This document shows positions 25,948 through 35,500 of a DNA stretch of 64,000 bases, one piece after another. The stretch's first letter is position 1; each line of letters starts with the position of its first letter. A program made the position numbers and the translations under genes. Where the stretch lies: NCBI GenBank assembly GCA_002269645.1, contig NIVC01000438.1, forward strand, positions 349,379 through 413,378, in the 5' to 3' direction. The stretch is from Macrostomum lignano (lineage: Eukaryota). The notes below the pieces were generated by a model that was not told where the DNA came from, did not search any database, and saw nothing but the letters and a program-made list of their open reading frames with translations.

Positions 25948-26290
25948 TTACAGCGTATAATCCTCAATCTCGAAAATCGTCAAATCATTGTAGTGCAGAC
26001 TGTCCAGAGACTCTTCATAAAGATGAACAACCTGAAACTCGGCTGCTGAATTGGCGTTGCATCTGAAATTGGCGCCGAAGAACGAATCCGTCAGGATCAC
26101 TCGGTTGCACGCGACGGCGTTCAAGTCCAGGGAGAATTCGCTGTGTCGGCCAGTCTGCTTTGGTCTGTTGTCCTGCCTGTTATAGATGGTGACGTAAGAG
26201 ACAAGCGATGGAGCGGCCAGCTGCTCCTTACAAAATTCGATTTTGATTTGGCCTTTTGGTTTGGCTCCTGTTTTAGTCGATTAGCAGAAC
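25948..26290 (-). pseudogene. Lectin unit G: promoter/5'UTR fused to an internally deleted F-type lectin exon
   Basis: APSLVSYVTIYNRQD and CEIE-like C-terminus recognisable with indels; upstream 26330-26570 matches the promoter block of units D, J and K. Confidence 0.75.
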
Positions 26291-26726
26291 CTGGTGTTAG
26301 CGTTTCAGTGTCCAACATCAGCGGAAGCAAACGGTTGCTTTATAGAGGTGAGGTTTTCTCGCGAGGAGCGACACTCCCTGATATTTCGCTCTTCCAGACT
26401 GGAGAAGCCGCTTGCCTGATTTCCAGAGTTTGCCTGTGGAAGCATGGTCGTGAGTTTGCTAAAAAGGAGGATGCACAGCTAGCGAGTGTGATTGGCGGGC
26501 TGTCCTGCTGTGTAAACGAAAGTCACGCGAAAAATATTTTGAAGCTTGCAGCAAACATCTAATGTGTGCACAAAGGGCCTGTCAACTTAAGCTCATAAAG
26601 CGGAGCCCGAGTAACCTATTGATTGCTCCGGTTTTCATTGCAGCAGTACAGTTTCTCAAATTCACTGCTTTCAGTTCCATTCAGCAGATGCACTCGAGGT
26701 TGCCGAGGCCATTCGCCACCACCAGT

Positions 26727-27555
26727 TCAGCTAAGCGTGTAAGCCTCGATCTCGCAAATAAACAGGTACAGACTGCGTACGCTGACTCGAACTCGGCTGC
26801 CGAAGGCGTTGCAGCTGAAGTTGGCCACGGAGAACGGCACCGTCAGGCTCACTCGGTTGCACTCAACGCCGTCCACCTGCAGCGAGAATTTGTTGAGCCG
26901 CTCAGCGCAGCAGTCCTGCCTGTTGTAGATGGTGACGTAAGAGACAAGCGATGGAGCGGCCAGCTGCCCCTCCCACCATTCGAACAGATTTTTTCTGGTG
27001 TGGGCGCAGGAATCTCCATAGTAGTCTTGGTTCCTGTTTCCGTCAATTGCTCGTCCGCAAACACCCAACCAAGACGTTGAGCTCTGCGAGCAGCTTTCGA
27101 GTTTTAGCCAAGTTGGCGGCTTCGGGTCTGGAAGTTATTAGCGGTCAAAATACCTGTTCCACGACTGCCACCTTTAAAAACTTGAGCAATATGAATAATG
27201 CACACCATGAATTCGTATAGAGTTCTCAGTGCTTGGTGTATGCCGTCTTACCGACCATCCTGGCGTACACATCGCATGACTCCGAGACCTGCCAGCCATC
27301 CGTGCTGCTGAATGCCAGCCAGTCAAAGAGCCGGCACAGACCCTGCAGCCAGCTGAAGCCGAAGCAGGCGGGCCTCACAGAGCAGAGCTCGGCGCACTTC
27401 ATCCTGCCGAGTCCTGGCGCCGACTCCATGGCAGCTGGAGTCGAGATGCTGCGCATTCGAACTGCCGAGTACACCACCGGCGTCGCCATGACAACGTAAA
27501 CTCCGATCGCAAAGAGAATTAGCAGTAAAAGTAGGCGTTCTTGGCCCATTTCCAA
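26727..27555 (-). CDS. Lectin unit H: secreted PAN-like + F-type lectin protein (intact; exons 27555-27252, 27127-26727)
   Basis: In-frame phase-1 join; canonical H-x26-R-x-D-x4-R (SCAHT...RQDCCAER). Confidence 0.92.
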
Positions 27556-28419
27556 GTTGAAAAGCTTTAGTTTGTAAGGAACAGGCTACTTTTCTCTTTC
27601 CTCTTATATTATGGGAACTTGCAAAATCTTCCCTTTTATCTTCAATGGCCTTGAGTCTTGGCTACACACCTGGACTAAAACTCATGCTTTATTCCAAGAT
27701 GTCTAAAAAATTCCGCTTGCTGAAAGTTGAGGCTTTTTGCTTCCAAGCATCAAATTGTCGCTTCATTTCTTTTTTCGGCAATGCATCTCAAATTCGTGAT
27801 AGGCTGAATTCAAATTAGCAGCTCTAGCACTCAGCATCAAATTCTTAGGCAGGAGAAAGTAAACAAGGTAGCGAACAGAAATTCAGTCATGACTCTTTGA
27901 TAGCCTCGTGGGAATTCGGGGACGACAATTAGCCTGGCGCCAGTAAATAACTTTGAGGGGGGCATTGAAACTGCACAGTAGCATCAGGGGCAAATAGGCA
28001 ATATTTCTGATTGAGGGACACGTCTCAGGGGGGGGGGGCAAGCCTGCTGGAATGGAGGCGCCACATGCTTTGCCAGCCGATTGGGGGGGGGGGAGGAGGT
28101 TAGCATAATTGGTGAGCCCACCTTTAACTGGAGGGGTTGTGCGATGGCGTTCCCGGAGGCTCTAAATTAGTTTAAGAATTCAATGGGAAAATCCAAATTT
28201 TATCAGTCATTTCTGTGTCAGTTTATCTGTATAAGAAACTGTTTATGAACGAACTGGGCCACTGCTTGCTCAAGTGGGCTGGTTAAGAAGTAGTGTCTTT
28301 TGGTTTATATACTGGTAGAAACTTATGCACGAGTCAATAGGGATTCTCAAACTGTCATCTATGTTGCTTCAATTTTCTAATTTCAATATATTTAATCCTC
28401 TGCACTCGAATGAAAATCA

Positions 28420-28535
28420 TGCAGTCCTGCCTGTTGTAGATGGAGACAAAAGATACAAGCGATGGAGCGGCCAGCTGCCCCTCCCACCATACCATTTGGA
28501 TTTGGCCTTCAAATTTAGCTCATGTTTTTGTCGAA
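28420..28535 (-). pseudogene. Lectin unit I: short F-type lectin fragment
   Basis: WWEGQLAAPSLVS...IYNRQDC, then sequence breaks off. Confidence 0.75.
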
Positions 28536-28984
28536 AGCGTAGAATAAAAATATAATGATCATTTGACTTACTCGAGATGACATCTCTGAAACTCTCCGAT
28601 GAGAAGTAACTCGATTCACTGGAGTGGAGCGGTGGCTCTTCTCCATCAGCAGCTGTGATTTATGAATGAAATTGTAATCATCCACACAGCCTGAGGATTA
28701 AGAACTTCCAAGTAATAAATAAATATCAGTGCTGTTCAATTAAAAACCGAGTCATGGCTAGCCAACAGCTTTCTGAGGTCTCACACCCAAAGCAACAGAA
28801 ATCAATACTTTCTAATCGCAAAGCATAACTCATTTTTTGAATGCTTGAAGGGATCTAAAAAAATATTTCAAGTTTATTGGTTGCTCTGGTTTACATCACA
28901 GCCATTCAGTTTTTCAGATGACATTTCTGCAGTTCCATTGTGCAGATGCACTCGAGGTCGACGCGGCCATTCGCCACCACCAGT

Positions 28985-29811
28985 TCAGCTAAGCGTGTAA
29001 GCCTCGATCTCGCAAATAAACAGGTACAGACTACGTACGCTGAATCGAACTCGGCTGCCGAAGGCGTTGCAGCTGAAGTTGGCCACGGAGAACGGCACCG
29101 TCAGGTTCACTCGGTTGCACTTGACGCCGTCCACCTGCAGCGAGAATTTGTTGAGTCGTTCAGCACAGCAGTCCTGCCTGTTGTAGATGGTGACGTAAGA
29201 GACAAGCGATGGAGCGACCAGCTGCCCCTCCCACCATTCGAACGGGTTGTTTTCGGTATGGGTTCAGGACAAGTGCATGTAATCTTGGTTTCTGTTTCCG
29301 TCAATTGCTCGTCCGCAAACGCTCGAGACGATCGTTGAGCTCTGCTTGCAGCTTTCGAATTTTAGCTGAGTTTAGGGCTGAGTCTGGAAATTATTTGCGG
29401 CCAAAGTACTACTAATTGCACCAGGAGCTTGTCAATAAACTATAGGATTATTAATGCTCATAAATAATTTACACCGAGTGAATTAGTCAAGTTCCTAATA
29501 CTGGTGCATGACCTCTTACCGACAATCCTGATGTACACATCGCATGACTCCGAGGCCTGCCAGCCATCCGTGCTGCTGAACGCCAGCCAGTCAAAGAGCC
29601 GACACAGACCCTGCAGCCAGCTGAAGCCGAAGCTGGCGGGCCTCAAAGCGCAGAGCGTGGCGCAGTTCATTGAATCTCTGCCAGGCAGGGTCGCCATGGC
29701 AACTGGAGTCGAGGTGCTGCGCAGTTTGAGCACCTTGAATTGGAGTTGAACGCTCATGGCCAACGAAAATTCCAACGCAGAGCAAAGAAAAACCAGCAGA
29801 ATTAGCTTCAT
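28985..29811 (-). pseudogene. Lectin unit J: full-length but disabled PAN + F-type lectin gene (exons 29811-29520, 29383-28985)
   Basis: Three independent lesions: PAN Cys to Ser (RPASFGF), 2-nt deletion at the start of exon 2 (399 vs 401 nt), and TGC to TGA at the SCxHT cysteine. Confidence 0.88.
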
Positions 29812-30508
29812 CTTAGCTAGCAGAAGCTGGTGTCAGCTTTTCAGTGTTTCAGCGGAAGCAAACGGTTGATTTATAGAGCATAGACTTTTCCGCAAGGAGC
29901 GACAACTTTATTGATTATTGACACGATATTTCGCTTTTCCAGACTGGAGAAACCGCTTGCTTCATTTCGACTTTGCCTGTGGAAGCATAGCCGTTAGTTT
30001 TCTCATCAACAATGAAGGAAGATACACAGCTAGTGAGTGTGATTGGCGGGCTGTTTTGCTGTGTAAACAAGCCGCGCGAAAAATATCTTGATGCTGGAAA
30101 CATCAAATGTGTACACAATTTCGATGTCTCAGCTTTTAGGCAAAGTGAAGCAAGATTTTAACTGTGAAATATTAACTGTGACAGCCGTGTTTAGGCTTGT
30201 TGTCGCTATGTTCTATGACTTCCAACTATGTATAAATTGTCAGCTTTTTTCATCGAAAATGAGTCATGACTAGCCAACTGCTTTATGAGGTCCCATACGT
30301 AAAGCAACAAAAATCGAAACTTCCAAGCCGCAAGACATATCCATTTTCGAATGCTTGAAGCTTCCTTCAGTCACAGAAGACTTAAAGTTTTACTGATTGC
30401 TCCGGTTTCCATTGCAGCAGTTCAGTTTCTCAAATTCACTGCTTTCAGTTCCATTCTGCAGTTGCAGTCGAGGTTTCCGCGCGAGGCCACTCGCAACCAC
30501 CAGCTCAG

Positions 30509-31327
30509 CTACAGCCTGTAAGCCTCGATCTCGCAGATGCCCAGGTACTCGTTGAGCAGGTTTGTCACCCGAACTCGGCTGCCGAAGGCGTTGCAGCTGA
30601 AGTTGGCCACGGAGAACGGCACCGTCAGGTTCACTCGGTTGCACTCGACGCCGTCCACCTGCAGCGAGAATTTGTTGAGCCGCTCAGCGCAGCAGTCCTG
30701 CCTGTTGTAGATGGTGACGTAAGAGACAAGCGATGGAGCGGCCAGCTGCCCCTCCAACCATTCGAACAGATTTTTTCTGGTGTGGGAGCAGGAGCCTGCA
30801 CGGTAGTCTTGGTTCCTGTTTTTGTCAATTGCTCGTTCACAAACGCCAAACCAAGACGTTGAGCTCTTCGAGCAGCTTTCGAGTTTTAGCCGATTGTGCG
30901 GCTGCGGGTCTGGAAGTTATTTGCGGTCAAAGTACCTGTTCCACAAGCTTTCCATCTAAAGCTGAAGCAATATTGCATAATATGAAATCGTAAAAGTAAA
31001 TTAGTAAAATTCCTAATGCTTGGTGTATGTCGTCTTACCGACCATCCTGGTGTACACATCGCATGACTCCCAGACCTGCCAGCCATCCGTGCTGCTGAAG
31101 GCCAGCCAGTCAAAGAGCCGGCACAGACCCTGCAGCCAGCTGAAGCCAAAGCAGGCGGGCCTCACAGAGCAGAGCTCGGCGCACTTCATCCTGCCGAGTC
31201 CTGGCGCCGACTCCATGGCAGCTGGAGCCGAGATGCTGTGCAGTTCGACTGCCATGAACTGGATGTGGACGGTCATGGCAAACGGAACTCCTAATATAGT
31301 GCACAGCATCAGAAGAATGAGCTTCAT
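30509..31327 (-). CDS. Lectin unit K: secreted PAN-like + F-type lectin protein (intact; exons 31327-31039, 30909-30509)
   Basis: In-frame phase-1 join; AIDKNRNQDYRAGSCSHT...RQDCCAER...CEIEAYRL*. Confidence 0.92.
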
Positions 31328-32508
31328 TTTTGCTAGCAGAAGCTAGTCTCAGTGTTTCAGTGCCTACCATCAGCGGAAGCAAACGGTTGCTTTATAGAGT
31401 TGAGGTTTTCTCGTGATGGGCGACGCTTGTGATTATTGGCTCGATCCATCTCTCCTCCAGGATGGGCAAATAGCTATTATTTTTATCTTCAATAGCCTTA
31501 AGTCTAACAACTTTAGTGTGCTCAAAGCTGAGGCTTTTATCTTCAAGTCATCATTTTTTCGCTTAACGTCTTTCTTTGCCTCTGCATCTCAAGCCTGTGG
31601 TAGGCCAAATTTGAAATTGGCAGCTCTTGAACTCAGCATAAAACACACAGGGTATAGAATGTGAATAGGTAAGCAGGTCGCACTAGCTCTGTGATAGGAC
31701 CGTCACCAAAGCAACGATTGTGCTAGTCAGAGCTTTTTGGAGGGATGCATCTCATCCCCTGCATTGGGGAAGTTGATGCAGGTTCAGCAGCTGGGATATT
31801 GCGCTGTGTTGAATGACTTTCAAGCCAGGTCAAGTGCCAGTCAGTTTGTCAGGATCCTGATAGAGCTACTGAACAAGCGACCTAGTCTTTCAGGACTTGA
31901 TATTGACACCTGGTAGAATCCTGGTAGAAATCTTAAGCATGCTTTTCGGGATTTTACTCACACCAAGAGTGGGCTGATAGGTTTAATTTTCTTTTTTTGA
32001 GCTTATGAAATTTACGATGAAGAACACTGAGAAGGCTGGAACGGTAGGGCTGTTGAGAAATCCGACAAGTCCGACATGGAATCATAGTGTCTTATGATTC
32101 CATGTTGGCTGCTAAACATCCGGGTTCTGATACGCGGGAATTGATTAACTAGGAAAACTCGAAATCGATATAGTTTCTTTTACAACGCTTGTCGTCGCTC
32201 GAGCGGTTGATCACGAGAGAATGCTCGCGCTAGGGAACAATAAAGGTCAAACTCTGGTTCGATACAGACTGGACTGTTAAATTTAAGTTGCCGATTGTTG
32301 TAATTAACATCATGCAAAAATGTATTTTATTACGAGCTATATGGGCACTGCTTGCCTCCGGTTAGTAACAACATATTTTGTCATTAAGCAGACCTGCCTT
32401 CACTGTGTACTTCGTAACCCGGCATAAAAATAGCGAGTAAAATAAGCGTATTAAGAAAATAGAGTGTTTAAGATATTCAATCAAAATTTAGTAGCTTGAC
32501 CGATCACA

Positions 32509-35500
32509 TCAATATGTAAACATTGGAGCTTGCAATCGGCTCAGGATGAGCTTCTTTTGAAAGTTGAGCAAATCGATGCGCTGCTTCAGGCTGTGAATGC
32601 TCGCCTCCTTCTCTTGGCGGAGCACCTGCAGCCAGTCGAAGCTGCTCTGCTGCTGCTGCTCCTGGCCTGTGCCAACTGTGGGGCGTCGAATGGTCGATTG
32701 GGACTGGCTGTTAAATAGAAATTAACTCCAATCTCCCTCTCTGCCCTCTCACTGTCTCTACCCTGTCTCATCTACCTTTTCTCAGTCTCTACCCTGTCTC
32801 ATCTACCTTTTCTCGGTCTCTACCCTGTCTCATCTACCTTTTCTCGGTCTCTACCCTGTCTCATCTACCTTTTCTCGGTCTCTACCCTGTCTCATCTACC
32901 TTTTCTCGGTCTCTACCCTGTCTCATCTACCTTTTCTCGGTCTCTACCCTGTCTCATCAACCTTTTCTCGGTCTCTACCCTGTCTCATCAACCTTTTCTC
33001 GGTCTCTACCGTCTCTCTGTCTCTACCCTGTCTCATCTACCTTTTCTCGGTCTCTAACGTCTCTCAGTCTCCAACCTCCTCTCATCTATCCTCTCTCAGT
33101 CTCCAACCTCTCTCATCTATCTTCTCTCAGTCTCCAACCTCTCTCATCTATCCTCTCTCATCTATCCCCTCTCAGTCTCTACCCTCTACCGTCTCCACCC
33201 GCTATCAGTCACTACCCTCTACCCTCTCCACCCGCTATCAGTCGCTAGCCTCTCCACCCGCTATCAGTCGCTAGCCTCTCCACCCGCTATCAGTCGCTAG
33301 CCTCTCTACCCGCTATCAGTCGCTAGCCTCTCCACCCGCTATCAGTCGCTAGCCTCTCCACCCGCTATCAGTCACTACCCTCTACCCTCTCCACCCGCTA
33401 TCAGTCGCTAGCCTCTCCACCCGCTATCAGTCGCTAGCCTCTCCACCCGCTATCAGTCGCTAGCCTCTCTACCCGCTATCAGTCGCTAGCCTCTCCACCC
33501 GCTATCAGTCGCTAGCCTCTCCACCCGCTATCAGTCACTACCCTCTACCCTCTCCACCCGCTATCAGTCGCTAGCCTCTCCACCCGCTATCAGTCACTAC
33601 CCTCTACCCTCTCCACCCGCTATCAGTCGCTAGCCTCTGTACCCTCTCCGGTCTCTAATATCTCAGTCTTTTACTCTTTTTCTGTCACTCCTCTCTCAGC
33701 CTCTCTGTCTCTATCCTTCTTTAACCTTCCCAGCTCCGTATCAATAATATCTCTTAACGTGTTAAAATCCAATCTATTAATTTTGCCACCGCTTCCCTCT
33801 CCATATAATTACCATCCCCAAACCAGTCATCTCAGTTCCTCTGCTTGTCCTGGCTGCGCATCTTTCATTTTTCAACTACAATCTTCTCATTTCAATCTTC
33901 ATCACCCGTGGTTACCATTTCCTCCTCCGCCGCCCCGGCCGGCTCCGGACATCTTGGCTAGGAGATCAGCTGACTCAGCTTCCTGCTGCTTCAGAGCCGC
34001 CGTCACCACCTGCAATTTCGCTTCAGTGCCGCGCAGCTCCTCCAAGTAGGTGTCCGGATCGAATCCTCGGACAGCTCGGACGGGTGCGTCCGCCGAAACA
34101 CGCGGCAGCGGCTGACCCAACGGTGGGAGCCTCGTGCCAGCTCGGGGCGTTTCGCCGTTGCTACCCGGGTCGCTGCCACCAGCTGCGGCGTCCTCGGTGA
34201 TGAACGCTGGCGGCCCGTGGCGTGATGACTGCGATGGGTGGTTGAAGATCTGGAAGATCTGCTTTTTTTCTTGATAACTCTCAAAGTCACGCATTCACTG
34301 TTTCAGTCACTCATTCACTACTTCAGTCACTCATTCACTGTTTCAGTCACTCATTCACTGCTTCAGCCACTCATTCACTGTTTCAGTCACTCATTCACTG
34401 TTTCAGTCACTCATTCACTGTTTCAGTCACGCATTCACTGTTTCAGTCACTCATTCACTGTTTCAGTCACTCATTCACTGTTTCAGTCACTCATTCACTG
34501 TTTCAGTCACTCATTCACTGTTTCAGTCACTCATTCACTGTTTTAGTCACTCATTCACTGTTTCAGTCACTCATTCACTGTTTCAGTCACTCATTCACTG
34601 TTTCAGTCACTCATTCACTGTTTCAGTCACTCATTCACAGCTTCAGTCACTCATTCACTGTTTCAGTCACTCATTCACTGCTTCAGTCACTCATTCACTG
34701 TTTCAGTCACTCATTCACTGTTTCAGTCACTCATTCACTGTTTCAGTCACTCATTCACTGCTTCAGTCACGCATTCACTGTTTCAGTCACTCATTCACTG
34801 CTTCAGTCATTCATTCACTGCTGTCACTCATTCACTGCTTCTATCACTCATTCACTGCTTCAGTCACTCATTCACAGCTTCAGTCACTTTTTCACCGTTT
34901 CAGTCACTCATTCAGTTACTACTCGTACATTATGATACTACTACCTATTCCAACCATCGGTAACTCCAAGACTTACTTCAAACCCACGATCGGTTCCGTA
35001 GCTCGCAGACGGTGGCCGTGCGGGCACTACGATCTGCTCAAGATAGCGGCCGCTGGATGCCTCTTGGAACCTTGAGCTGGCAATTGGGGGTGCGGCAATG
35101 GCCAGTAGGGGCTGCTGCTTCTGCTGCTGTTTCTCTTGCCGGACCACGGGTCGTCTGCGCCACTCGTCTAGAGCGGCCTCCTGCTCCCAGTAGCTGTCAA
35201 CTCGCTGCTGCAGGTAGTGATCGTCCCTGGCTGACAGGTAGTTGTTTACCATGCCGCCGAAGCGTTTGGGAAATGCTGGGGCCACCTGTTTCAGGGCGAA
35301 ATTAGGAATTGGTAAAGGTGATAATTAAATCGCTTATTAGGTTATTGAGCCGTGAACTATCAAATAGAAAAATGAATAAGTGAATGGAGTAGTATTTGGG
35401 TGACTTAAGTGACTAAATGAGTGATTAATCTGTGAATGAGTGAATGAAGCAGTGAATGAGTGACTGAAGCAGTGAATGGGTGACTGAAGCTGTGAATGAG

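Noticed and set aside
19293-31382. Antisense and alternate-frame ORFs over the lectin genes (e.g. MERPAAPPTIR..., MVYAVLPTIL...)
   Set aside because: They recur only because the underlying genes are duplicated; they vary in length and lack independent motifs.
14200-31400. Diversity-generating retroelement or RAG/RSS-type mechanism for the lectin array
   Set aside because: No reverse transcriptase, template repeat or recombinase is visible, and I saw no conserved heptamer/nonamer-like signals at exon edges. Ordinary duplication plus conversion explains the pattern.
32530-32771. Listed ORFs 32530-32718 (+) and 32586-32771 (-)
   Set aside because: A third frame on the minus strand (32707-32509) fits the splice phase and gives a coiled-coil terminal exon; the listed ORFs are shadows.
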